The notes under the pieces: generated by a model | Told to the model about the DNA's origin: nothing | The model's database searches: none | The model's input: the letters and a program-made list of their open reading frames with translations, nothing else | Program-made: the position numbers and the translations under genes | Assembly: GCA_963827475.1 (NCBI GenBank) | Contig: CAWHAZ010000005.1 | Location: forward strand, 992,001-1,056,000 | From: an uncultured Chloroflexia bacterium | GTDB lineage: Bacteria; Chloroflexota; Limnocylindria; QHBO01 | Direction: 5' to 3' | DNA length: 64,000 nt | Shown: positions 32,415 to 42,853 of the stretch, piece after piece | Layout: each line of letters begins with the position of its first letter | How positions within the stretch are numbered: position 1 is the first letter of the stretch

Positions 32415-33199
32415 CTAGGCCTCGGCGAGGACCCGGACGAGCTCCTCGTGGAGATGGCCGTTGGTGGCCAGCGCGGTCGGGCCGGCATAGCCCGGGCTGC
32501 CGGCCACGTCCGTGAAGCGGCCGCCGGCCTCGGTGACGATCATGGCCGGGGCGGCCAGGTCCCAGGGCTTGACCTTCGTCTCGACCATGACGTCGGCCGA
32601 GCCCTGGGCGACGAGCATGTAGCCCAGCGCGTCGCCGAACCCGCGGTCCCGTTTCGACTGGTGCAGCGCCTGCCACAGGCCGGGACCCATGCCCCTCCCG
32701 CTGCATCGCTCCCACGCCGGCATGGACGACCTGCGCCTCGGCCAGGCGGCGGACGTCGGAGACGCGGATCGGTCGCTCGCGGCCGAAATGGACGGTCGTC
32801 GCCCCGAGGCCGCGCGCCGCGGACCAGCGCTGGGAGAGCGCCGGCGAGGAGACGACGGCGGCCACCAGGTCCCCGTCCTGCTCGACGGCGATGAGCGTGG
32901 CCCACACGGCAATCCGCCGGGTGAAGTTCACCGTCCCGTCGATCGGATCGATGATCCAGCGCGCCTCGCCGCTCTCCGGGTTCCGCGCCCATCTCCTCGC
33001 CCAGGATGCCGTGGTCCGGGAACGCCGCCCCGATTCGTTCCCGGATCGCCTGCTCGACGGCCGTGTCGGCCACCGTGACCGGCGTCCCATCGGCCTTGGC
33101 ATGCGCTTCGACGCCATCGAGGAAGGCCGGCAGGGTGATGGCATCGGCCTCGTCGGCCAGTTGGAGGGCGAACGCGAGCAGGTCTGCCGGGTCAGCCAC
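32415..33199 (-). CDS. Inositol monophosphatase family, HisN-like histidinol-phosphatase (two frameshifts)
   Basis: KADGTPVTVAD, ILGEE, WIIDPIDGTVNF, WDLAA...EAGGRFTD. Confidence 0.88.
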
Positions 33200-34673
33200 T
33201 CCCGACCTCGTCCAGCCGCCGCCGGAGCTCTTCGTTGACCAGGCGGGCATCGGCCTTGCCATCCAGCCGGGCCATGACCCGGCCCACCAGGAAGCCGTAG
33301 ACCTGCTTCTTGCCGGACCGATACTCCCCGACCGCGGTCGCTTCGGCCGCCAGCACGGCGTCCACCGCCTCGCCGATGACAACCCCGTCGCTGACCTGGG
33401 CCAGGCCCTCGGCCACGATGACGACCCGCGGCATCTCCCCGCTCTCGAAGCAGCGAGCCAGGACCTGCTTCGCGGTGCTCGCCGAGACGCGTCCCGCCTC
33501 GACCTCCTCGATGAGCTCGGCCAGGCCTTCCGGGGGCAGGGCCACGTCCCGCGCGCGGAGCCCCTCCGCGGCGTGCTGGTTCAGGAGCCGGCTGAACTCG
33601 CCGCTCACCCAGTTGGCCGCCGCCTTGGGCGGCACGCCGGTCGCCACGACCGCGTCGAAGTAGTCCCCCAGGCTCACCTCCGCGCTCAGGACCCCGGCGT
33701 CGTACGGCGTGAGCCCCAGCTCGGCGACGTACCGCGCCCGGCGCGCGGCGGGCAGCTCCGGCAGCGATGCCCGCAGCTCCGCCACCCATTCCGGCGAGGG
33801 ACGCAGCGGCGGAAGGTCCGGCTCGGGGAAGTATCGGTAGTCGTTCGCCTCCTCCTTCGAGCGCTGGGGCATCGTGCGGCCGCCGGTCTCGTCCCAGCCG
33901 CGCGTCTCCTGGGTCAGCGGCACGCCGGCGGCCAGCGACTCGGTCATCCGCTCGACCTCGAACTCCATCGCCCGCTCCAGCGAGCGGAACGAGTTCAGGT
34001 TCTTGACCTCGACCTTCGTCCCGAACAGCTCGCTCCCCACCTCGCGCAGGCTGACGTTGCCCTCGATCCGCATCGAACCGGCTTCCATGTCCGCGTCCGA
34101 CGCCCCGATGAAGCGGAGGAGGTCGCGCAGGGTCTCGCCGTAGGCCCGTGCCTGGGCCGGCGAGCGGAGGTCAGGCTCGGTCACGACCTCCATCAGCGGC
34201 ACGCCAGCCCGGTTGAAGTCCACCAGGGAGTGGTCCCGCCCGCCGTGGAGCAGCCGGGCGGTGTCCTCCTCCAGGTGGGCGCGGGTGATCTGGACCATGA
34301 TCTCGCGCTCCTCGGCCGTGACCGGCACCGCCAGCCGGCCGTTGGCGGTCAGCGGCAGCGCGTACTGGCTGATCTGGTAGCCCTTCGGCAGGTCGGGGTA
34401 GAAGTAGTTCTTCCGCTCGAAGCGGACCGCCTCGGTCTGGACCTCCGCCTCCAGGGCGAGCCCGGTGAGCATCACCAGCTCGACCGCGCGGCGGTTGATG
34501 ACCGGGAGCGTGCCGGGCATGCCCATGCAGATGGGGCAGACCCGCGTGTTCGGCTCGTCCGCCTCGCCGGGGAGTGGCGCCGTGCGGCAGCGGCAGAACA
34601 TCTTCGAGGCCGTTCGCAGCTGAGCGTGGACCTCGATCCCGATCACGGTCTCGTAAGCGACGGCGGCGACCAC
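33192..34673 (-). CDS. gatB: Asp/Glu-tRNA amidotransferase subunit B
   Basis: IGIEVHAQL, RKNYFYPDLPKGYQISQY, HLEED, YRYFPEPDLPP. Confidence 0.98.
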   Translation of the reverse strand: MVAAVAYETVIGIEVHAQLRTASKMFCRCRTAPLPGEADEPNTRVCPICMGMPGTLPVINRRAVELVMLTGLALEAEVQTEAVRFERKNYFYPDLPKGYQISQYALPLTANGRLAVPVTAEEREIMVQITRAHLEEDTARLLHGGRDHSLVDFNRAGVPLMEVVTEPDLRSPAQARAYGETLRDLLRFIGASDADMEAGSMRIEGNVSLREVGSELFGTKVEVKNLNSFRSLERAMEFEVERMTESLAAGVPLTQETRGWDETGGRTMPQRSKEEANDYRYFPEPDLPPLRPSPEWVAELRASLPELPAARRARYVAELGLTPYDAGVLSAEVSLGDYFDAVVATGVPPKAAANWVSGEFSRLLNQHAAEGLRARDVALPPEGLAELIEEVEAGRVSASTAKQVLARCFESGEMPRVVIVAEGLAQVSDGVVIGEAVDAVLAAEATAVGEYRSGKKQVYGFLVGRVMARLDGKADARLVNEELRRRLDEVGSG

Positions 34674-34696
34674 GGCCGGATTGTATGCTCCGGCCC

Positions 34697-35116
34697 GTGC
34701 GCATCGGCGAATGGGAGCAGATCGGTCGCTCGCGCGCCCTCGTCCAGCGCCAGCTGGGCGAGCTGGGCGCGGTCGAGCTGGCGGCCCACGTCACGATCAA
34801 CCCCGACAGCGAACGGCAGCGGGTGCTGATCGCGACCGATATCGGTCTGCTCGACTACAACTTCGCGCCGCAGTCCGTCGGATCGGCGACCTACGAGCTG
34901 CGCGGCGGGCTGTACCGATGGCCGTCCATCCGGAGCATGCGCCTCCAGAGCGACGCCCAATGGGATGACAACTCGAAGACCGCCCGCTCCGTGTGGCGGC
35001 TCATCGCGGAGGAGCCCAAGATCGAGCTGGCGGCCGAGTCGAACGAGCAGGACAAGAGCCAGGTCTCCGCGCTGCTCGACTTCGCCCGCGCCTGCTTCAG
35101 CTCCCTGGACAAGTAG
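34697..35116 (+). CDS. Hypothetical protein
   Basis: Coding-like GC3 frame; TATGCT 7 nt before GTG 34697. Confidence 0.7.
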   Translation: MRIGEWEQIGRSRALVQRQLGELGAVELAAHVTINPDSERQRVLIATDIGLLDYNFAPQSVGSATYELRGGLYRWPSIRSMRLQSDAQWDDNSKTARSVWRLIAEEPKIELAAESNEQDKSQVSALLDFARACFSSLDK

Positions 35117-35164
35117 CGGCGATACTGGCGCCCCTCTGTTCCGCCAAATGAGGTTGACTGACCG

Positions 35165-35917
35165 ATGACCTCGCGTGCCCTGCGTCCAGGCGCGATCCTG
35201 CTGGTCGCCATGCTGGCCGCCTGCTCGCCGTCGGCGTCGGCCTCACCATCCCATTCGGCACATCCGACCGACCACGAACCGTCACCGGTTCCCTCCGAAT
35301 CCGCCGCCGCACTCTGCGACCCGGGCGTCGTCTGCAACGGCCCGCTGGCGGCGGGCGACTACGTGTCGGAGACGACCGGGACCCACATCGAGTTCAGCCT
35401 GGACGACCACGACTGGTCGGGCCTGGCGGACACGCCCGGCGTCGGCTTCGGCCTGCTCCTGGCCGACGTGGAGGATGCGGCCATCAGCGCCCTCGCGTTC
35501 GGGGGTGAGTACTTCACCGACGCCTGCGACCCGGAGGCCGGCACCAGCACGACCGGCACCACGCCGGCCGAGTTCATGGCCATGCTGGCCGGTCGCACCG
35601 GGGTCACCGCCGGTGCGCCGGTCGAGGTCGAGGTCGGCGGCCGGCCCGCGCTCCAGGTGGACCTGACCACGGCCATCGACGCTGCATGCGCGGCGACCGG
35701 TGACGGCCAGATCTCGGTGTGGCCCCTACCGCCCGGGGGTCCGTTTGACTTCGAGGACATGGAACAGGCCCGGATCATTGCCGTCGACGGAGGGAGCGCC
35801 ACCGTGATCCTCGTGGCCGAGGCACGATCGGAAATCGAGGACTACGACCACTTCCTCGAGCACGCCACGGAAGTCTTCGACTCCATGACGATCACGCCGC
35901 TCGTCACGCCTCTCTAG
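35165..35917 (+). CDS. Putative lipoprotein
   Basis: Lipobox LAAC, Ser/Pro linker, acidic domain with paired cysteines. Confidence 0.78.
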   Translation: MTSRALRPGAILLVAMLAACSPSASASPSHSAHPTDHEPSPVPSESAAALCDPGVVCNGPLAAGDYVSETTGTHIEFSLDDHDWSGLADTPGVGFGLLLADVEDAAISALAFGGEYFTDACDPEAGTSTTGTTPAEFMAMLAGRTGVTAGAPVEVEVGGRPALQVDLTTAIDAACAATGDGQISVWPLPPGGPFDFEDMEQARIIAVDGGSATVILVAEARSEIEDYDHFLEHATEVFDSMTITPLVTPL

Positions 35918-35923
35918 GCGCCT

Positions 35924-37136
35924 CTAGGCGGCGTTCCTCCGCCGGGCGCCCACGAACCGCTCGATGCGGTCCATCGCTTCCTCGATCTGCTCGTAGGCGG
36001 TCGCGTAGCAGGCCCGCACGTGGCCGGCGCCCGAAGGCCCGAAGGCCTCGCCCGGGACCACCGCGACGTGCTCCTCGGCGAGGAGCTGCTGGGCGAAGTC
36101 CTCGGCTGACAGGCCGGTGGCGGCGGTCACCTCGGGGAAGGCGTAGAACGCGCCCATCGGTTCGAAGCAGAGCAGACCGATCTCGTTCAGCCGCCGGACC
36201 ATGAGCTGCCGGCGGCGGTCGTACTCGGCCAGCATGTCCTGGACGAACGGCTCCCCCACCTCGAGCGCGGCGATGGCCGCGTGCTGGGCGGCGGTGGGGG
36301 CGCACATGATCCCGTACTGGTGGACCTTGGCGATCCCGGCCATGAGGTCCGCCGGCGCCGCCACGTAGCCGATCCGCCAGCCGGTCATGGCGTACGCCTT
36401 CGAAAAGCCGCCGATGAGGACCGTTCGGTCCCGCATCCGCGGCAGGGCGCTGAAGGCGGTGTGGCGATGCCCGCCGTACACCAGCCGGTCGTAGATCTCG
36501 TCGCTGATGACCAGCAGGTCGTGGCGCTCGGCGACATCCCCGATCGCCGCCAGCTCGTCGGCATCCAGGACCGCCCCGGTCGGGTTGTTCGGGTAGCCGA
36601 GGAAGATCGCCTTGGTGCGGGGCGTGATGGCGGCCTCGATCTGGTCGGCGGTGACGCGGAAGTCGGTGGCGTCGGACGTGGACAGCGCGACCGGCACGCC
36701 GCCGGCGAGGGTGATGCACGGGCGCGTAGGCCACGAAGCACGGCTCGTGGTAGATCACCTCGTCCCCGGGGTTGATCACCGCCCGCAGGGTGGCGTCCAG
36801 GCCCTCGCTGGCGCCGACGGTGATGACCAGCTCCCCGCGGGGCTCGTAGCGGACCCCGTACCGATCCGCCAGGTTCGCGGCCACCAGCTCGCGCAGCTCG
36901 ATCATCCCGCCGTTCGCGGTGTAGTGCGTCTCCCCCGCCTCGAGGGCGGCGATCGCCGCCCGGGTGAGGGGCTCGGGCGTCGTGAAGTCCGGCTCCCCGA
37001 TGGTCAGGCTGATGACGTCCTTCATCTCCGCCAGCATGTCGAAGAAGCGGCGGATGCCCGAGGGCTGGATGTGCCGAACGGTGTCGTTCAGGAACTCGGC
37101 CGGAGCCCGGACGGTGCCGGTCGCGTCGGTGGTCAT
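35924..37136 (-). CDS. PLP-dependent aminotransferase class I/II (frameshift near 36722)
   Basis: SGIRRFF, IGEPDF, YPNNPTG, SDEIY, FSKAYAMTGWRIGY. Confidence 0.95.
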
Positions 37137-37149
37137 CGGTCCATCCAGT

Positions 37150-37977
37150 CTATCTGTCCGACTGTGCCGGCATCCGCTCCCCCGCCCGTACCGCCACCGG
37201 CAGGACGTTGGCCGGCCACGGGAGGGGGCAGGTGGCATACGGACTGAACACGCAGGGCGGGTTGTACGCCAGGTTGAAGTCGACCACGACCGATCCGTCC
37301 TCCGCCACGGGCTCGCTCACCAGGAAGCGGCCGCCGGAGTAGGTCTCCTGCCCGTTCGTCGTGTCGCCGAAGATGAGCCACAGGGCGTTCGTCGTCCTCC
37401 TGGAGCGCGTCGAGGGTGAGGTCTCTGCCGTCGATCGTGAAGTGGACGACGCCGGGCGACTCCTCCTGGCGGACGTCGCCCAGGACGTCGGGCACGTCCA
37501 CCGTCCGCAGGCCCGGCGGCCGCTCGAGGCGTCCCGTGACCCGCCATGCCGGATCCACCGGGAAGCGCGGGACGCCGGGGAAGGATTTGAGGATTGGTGC
37601 CTCCGTGTCGCGGACCCGGAGGCCGAGCGCGGTCGCCGCGCCGAATCAGGTGAAATCGCAGCGAGCCCGAGCTCGACGATCGTGGGCGCTCCCGCCAGGT
37701 CGTCGGTGAGCGGGACCTCCGCCGCCGATGCGAACTCCGGGCTCGGCCGGTAGGTCGCCTCGCCGTCGGTCACTTCCAGGCTCCCGGCGTGCGGCGGCAC
37801 GCCGCGGCCGATCAGATGGATCGGGTTCGCTGGATCGGAACCTACGGCCTGCGATCCCTCGGTCAGCCAGTGGAGGCCGACCAGCGCGAGCCAGCCTTTC
37901 GGCGACCGCAGCCGCGCATCACGCTCCGCGTCCCACGCCGCGATGCTCGCCGCGTATTCGCCGGGCTCGTCCCCCAT
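37150..37977 (-). CDS. DUF1684 family protein (frameshifted)
   Basis: GWLALVGLHWL N-terminus; TYSGGRFL, DFNLAYNPPCVFSPYATCPLP...AGE C-terminus. Confidence 0.88.
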   Translation of the reverse strand: MGDEPGEYAASIAAWDAERDARLRSPKGWLALVGLHWLTEGSQAVGSDPANPIHLIGRGVPPHAGSLEVTDGEATYRPSPEFASAAEVPLTDDLAGAPTIVELGLAAISPDSARRPRSASGSATRRHQSSNPSPASRASRWIRHGGSRDASSGRRACGRWTCPTSWATSARRSRPASSTSRSTAETSPSTRSRRTTNALWLIFGDTTNGQETYSGGRFLVSEPVAEDGSVVVDFNLAYNPPCVFSPYATCPLPWPANVLPVAVRAGERMPAQSDR

Positions 37978-38569
37978 CAGGCGCTGGCGGGCAGGAAGAT
38001 GAGGGTCGGGGCGTCGTCCTCGCCGAGGCGGACGTAGCGGGCCGGGCCGTCGCTCACCGGGTTGGCGGCCGCTTCGCGGCCGACCGATGTCGTCCCGTCC
38101 AGGGCGACCGCGACCGGTCCCTCCCCGAAGCGGGCCAGGCAGGCCGCCACGTACCCCTCGGCCGTGGGCTCGGCGAGGACCAGCACGCTCCGGCCGAGGG
38201 TCGTCCGGCGGCAGCTCGCCTTCAGCAGCGGGTCCTCCCCCGTCTCCCACCACTTCGCATCGGCGCCGACGACCGGCTTCAGATCCTCGACGGCGCGGGC
38301 CGCGTCGACCGTGGCCAGGATCACGCCCCGGGGCGGCTCGGTCCAGTCGTCCACCGGGCGGGGCCACAGGCCCTCGCGGGCGGGGTCATCGGGCGGCTCG
38401 ACGTTCAGCAGTCAGGGCGCCTCGGATCCCGTACCACTCGATTTGGGCACGGTCCGCGTAGTCGGTCGACAGCCACTGCGGAAAGGACTGGGCGCCGCCC
38501 TCGCGGAATGACGCGGTTGAGGGTCGTCAGGTCGGGCACGGCGAGGTGGACGTGGCTGATCTCGGGCAT
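37977..38569 (-). CDS. VOC/glyoxalase-like protein (two apparent frameshifts in the 5' part)
   Basis: MPEISHVHLAVPDL from ATG 38569 can be joined to LVLAEP...LARFGEGPVAVAL of ORF 37977-38354. Confidence 0.6.
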
Positions 38570-38600
38570 CGGTTTCGCAGTCTAGCGGTAGGATCGGCGC

Positions 38601-39430
38601 ATGGAGAAGAGCGGATTCATCCCGGTCAACGGTGGTCGGCTGTACTACGAAGAGGCGGGCGAGGGGCCACCCCTCGTGCTGCTCCATGCCGGCGTGGCGA
38701 ACCTCCGGCAGTGGGATCCGCACGTCCCCGCCTTCGCCGAGCGCTACCGCGTGATCCGCTACGACTCGCGCGGCTATGGCGCGTCCGAGAGCGAGCACGT
38801 CGAGTTCTCGAACCACGGTGACCTGGAGCAGGCGCTCGACCACCTGAACGTGGAGTCGACCCATCTGCTGGGCACCTCGCGCTCGGCGTCGATCGCCCTG
38901 AACTTCACCGTCACCAACCCGAACCGGGTGACCAGCCTGATCGAGGTCGCCGGTGGCGGCGTGGGCGAGCCCGCGGATCTGTCCGAAGCAGAGGTCGCCC
39001 TGGGCGACGCCATGGAGAAGGCAAGCGAGGAGGCGCTGGAGGCGAAGGACTGGGCGCGGCTGGCCGAGCTGGAGACCGCGTTCTGGGGCGACGGCCCGGG
39101 GCAGCCCGATAGGGCGCCTGGATGCCGCCATCCGCGACCAGCTGCACGACTGGATCCTCACCACCTACGCCGCCGAGAAGGAGGAGGCCATCCCGCAACG
39201 GCTCGATCCGCCGGCCGACGATCGCATCGACCAGGTCACGATGCCGCTCCTCGTGGTCATCGGCTCCCTCGACGAGGCGTACACCAACGCCACCTGCCGC
39301 ATCCTGGCCGAGACCGTGCCCGGCGCCCGGCTCGAGGTCTTCGAGGGCGCGGCCCACATGCTCAACCTCGAGCAGCCCGAGCGGTTCACGAAGCTGGTGC
39401 TGGAGTTCCTCGGCCTCGACTTCGGCCTAG
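38601..39430 (+). CDS. Alpha/beta hydrolase (frameshifts near 39110 and 39411)
   Basis: LVLLHAG, YDSRGYG, GTSRS, GSLD, AHMLNLEQPERF. Confidence 0.9.
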
Positions 39431-40145
39431 CTAGGCGCCGGGCGCCTGGGCCTTCGCCACGTCACCGATGATCGCGGCGAGCTCGCGGGGGCGCGACCAC
39501 ATCGGCCAGTGGCTGGTCGGCAGGTCGATCCAGGTGGTGTTGCGGAGCTCGGGGATGCCGGCGAGGAATGCCCAATCGGGGTGCTCCCTGGCGTAGGTCT
39601 GGTACTGCTCGGCGGTGAACCCGGTGCAGATCAGGGTGCTCGGGATGTCGCGGCGGGCGTCGTTCGTCAGCTCGACGTTCTCGCGCAGGACGCCGGCAGG
39701 TTCGGGGACCGCTCGCTCCCGGAACGTCGCCTTCTGCTCGTCGCTGAGCCCGTCGAGGTTCTCCTCTTCCTCGATCTCCGCCCAGACCATGGGCTTGTCC
39801 GCCCCTTCGATCTCCGGATCCAGCGCGCCCACGCCCGGGGCGGTGTCGACGTAGACCATGGCCGCGATCCGCTCGGGGACCCGGTCGCTGGCGGCGTAGC
39901 CGGAGAAGCCGGCCGCGCTGTGGACGACGAGGACCGCCGGGTCACCCGCCGCCTGAACGGCATCGACGATCGCCTGGATGTGGTCCGACAGGGTGATCGC
40001 GGAGCGGTCGGCGTCGGCCGACTCCAGGCCGGGGAGGGTCAGGGCGGTGACCTGGTGGCCGTCGGCGCGCAGCAGCTCGGCGACCTCGTCCCAGGCCCAG
40101 GCGCCGAGCCAGAAGCCGGGAACGAGCACGATCGGTGAGGTGCAT
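39431..40145 (-). CDS. Alpha/beta hydrolase (esterase-like; frameshift just after start)
   Basis: [40 protein letters not shown]. Confidence 0.88.
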
Positions 40146-40163
40146 TTGTCGATCCTCCTGATG

Positions 40164-41664
40164 CTAGTCGTGGGCGGTTGGTGGACGGAGGGCTGTGAAG
40201 CCGGCGCGGCGCTCGTAGGCGTCGGCCACGCGGAGCACGGTCGCTTCGTCGAAGGCACGACCGATGACCTGGAACCCGACCGGCAGCTCGCCCGGAGAGC
40301 CCGCACGGGACCGAGATGCCCGGCAGGCCGGCGATGTTCACCGGCAGGGTGCAGGCGTCGTTGAGGTACATGAGCAGCGGGTCATCGGTCTTGGCCCCGA
40401 TCTTGAACGCGACCGATGGCGAGGTGGGCGCGAGCAGGGCGTCGACATCGGTCAGGACCTCGTCGAACTCGGCCTTGATCAGGGTCCGGACCTGCTGGGC
40501 CTTGAGGTAGTACGCGTCGTAGTAACCGGCCGATAACGCGTAGGTACCGAGGATGATGCGACGCTTGACCTCGGGACCGAATCCCGCTCCCCGGGTGAGG
40601 CGGTAGTTGTCGAGGAGCTCGTCCACGCCCGCCGAGGCGCCGTAGCGGATCCCGTCGTAGCGGGCCAGGTTCGCGCTGGCCTCGGCCGGGGTGATGATGT
40701 AGTAGGTGGCCAGGCCCTTGTCGGTGGACGGCAGCGAGACGTCGACGATGTCCGCCCCGGCCGAGGCGAGGACCTCGATCGCGGCCCGAACCGCGGTCTC
40801 GACCCCCGGCTCCATGCCGGAGACGAAGAACTCGCGCGGAACACCGAGCCGCAGGCCGCGCACCTCCCCGTCGAGGGCGGCAACGTAGTCGGGAACGGGC
40901 TCCTCGACGGAGGTCGCGTCTCGCTGGTCGTGCCCCGCCAGGGCGCCCAGGACGATGGCCGCGTCCCGCACCGACCGGGTGAGCGGCCCGCCGCAGTCGA
41001 GCGAGGAGGCGAAGGCCACCATCCCGTATCGGCTCACCCGCCCGTAGGTCGGCTTCAGGCCCACCACGCCACTCAGGGCGCCGGGCTGGCGGATGCTGCC
41101 CCCGGTGTCGGTGCCGGTCGCGAAGAAGGCCTGCCCGGCGGCCACCGCGACGGCGGACCCGCCGCTCGACCCACCCGGCACCGTGCTCTCGTCCCACGGG
41201 TTGCGCACCGGCCCGAAGGCGCTGTTCTCGTTCGAGGAGCCCATCGCGAACTCGTCGAGGTTCGTCTTGCCCAGCAGCACCGCCCCGGCGGCGGCCATCC
41301 GATCCTCCGCGTCGCTCGCATACGGAGACCGATAGCCCTCCAGGATCCTCGACCCGGCCGTGGTCGGCAGACCTCCGTCCGGCTGCCCGTCGGCATCGAG
41401 GGCGCGGGTCACGAAGATGTCCTTCAGCGCGTACGGGATCCCGAGGAGGGGCGCCTTCACGCCGTCCCGGCGGGCCTGATCGGCAACGTCGGCATCGGTC
41501 AGTGCCCGCTCGGCGCCCACCGCCAGGAAGGTGTTCAGCCGGCTGCCGTCACGCTCGATCCGAGCCAGGCAGGCCTCCACCAGCTCGCGGCTGGACAGCT
41601 CCCCGCGCTCCAGGAACGGGACGACCTCCGAGATGGTGCGGTCGGCGAGCGGCAGCTCAGGCAT
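40164..41664 (-). CDS. gatA: Asp/Glu-tRNA amidotransferase subunit A (frameshift near 40292)
   Basis: [48 protein letters not shown]. Confidence 0.97.
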
Positions 41665-41674
41665 CGGTCAACGC

Positions 41675-41968
41675 CTACCTGCCCTCCTTGAGGATCAGGG
41701 GCACGCGGAGGTGGTCCCCCTCGCGCACTGGCGCGTTGGCGAGCGCCGCCTCGCGCGAGATGCCGTCCGACGGGATGTCATCGCGCATGACGTTTTCGAG
41801 CGCGAGCACGCTGGCGGTCGGCCCGACCTGGCTGGTGTCGACGTCGCGCAGGGCCTCGATCGCCACCAGGATCCGCGACAGCTGGCCCTCCATCAGGGCG
41901 AGCTCCTCATCGGTCAGGTGGAGGCGGGCGAGCGCGGCGACGTTCTCGACGTCCGCGCGGGTGATCAT
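41675..41968 (-). CDS. gatC: Asp/Glu-tRNA amidotransferase subunit C
   Basis: ITRADVENVAALARL...ENVMRDD...ALANAP, directly upstream of gatA. Confidence 0.96.
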   Translation of the reverse strand: MITRADVENVAALARLHLTDEELALMEGQLSRILVAIEALRDVDTSQVGPTASVLALENVMRDDIPSDGISREAALANAPVREGDHLRVPLILKEGR

Positions 41969-41998
41969 GAGCCGATGCTAGCAGGCCACAATGCGCCG

Positions 41999-42853
41999 AT
42001 GACCGAGGCCCCCCGGGTCGAGTCCCTGACCATCCCCAAGGGTCGGATCGAGCGACTGCGGATCCCCGGCGGACCGGGGAGGCCGCTGGTCGTGCTCGGC
42101 GGGGTCGAGACCGGCCTGCGGCCGCTCGCCGGCGCCGAGTCCGTGCATCTCCGACGCTGGGCGGACCGATCCCGGGCCCGGCCGGTGACGGTCGTCGGCC
42201 GACCGATTCCCGACGATCCGGCCGATGCGGACGTCCTCCTCCACCCGCGGTGGTCGGCCGCGGCGGTGGCGGTCGCGCTGGGCGACATGGCCGGCCCGTT
42301 CGCGGTCGAGGCCGAATCCGGCGGCGGCCGCATCTCGCTGTGGCTCACGGTCGACTACCCGGAGCTGATCTCGCGGCTCGTCCTCGCCGCCTCGTCTGCC
42401 GAGACACCACTGGATTCACCGATGGCGGTGCGCATGCGGGAGTGGATCGAGCTGGGCGAGCGGGACGACTGGGGCACGCTGTTCGGCCTCCAGGCCGAAC
42501 AGCTCAAGGCCGGCGGTCCGGAAAGCACGGCGCCGGCGGCCGGGTCCTTCGCCGCGGTCGCGGCCCTCCAGCCTCGGCCGTCGACCCCGGAGCGGTTCCT
42601 GGCCGAGCTGCGGACGACGCTGGATCCGACGTCGTTCGTGACCGACCGGCTGGGGGAGATCACGGTGCCGGTGCTGGTGCTGATCGGCGGCGGGGATCGG
42701 GTCGTCCCGACGGCGTCGTCGGAGCTGCTCGCCTCCCGCATCCCGGGGGCGCGGATCGAGCGTGACCCGGCGTCGGGCCACACCGTCCGGGTCTCGTTCC
42801 GCGACTACGACCGGATCGTCGAAGCGTTCCTGGCCGAAGGCGACGCCGCGTGA
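41999..42853 (+). CDS. Alpha/beta hydrolase fold protein
   Basis: AESGGG nucleophile elbow variant, ITVPVLVLIGGGDRVVP, SGH; start ATG 41999. Confidence 0.82.
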   Translation: MTEAPRVESLTIPKGRIERLRIPGGPGRPLVVLGGVETGLRPLAGAESVHLRRWADRSRARPVTVVGRPIPDDPADADVLLHPRWSAAAVAVALGDMAGPFAVEAESGGGRISLWLTVDYPELISRLVLAASSAETPLDSPMAVRMREWIELGERDDWGTLFGLQAEQLKAGGPESTAPAAGSFAAVAALQPRPSTPERFLAELRTTLDPTSFVTDRLGEITVPVLVLIGGGDRVVPTASSELLASRIPGARIERDPASGHTVRVSFRDYDRIVEAFLAEGDAA

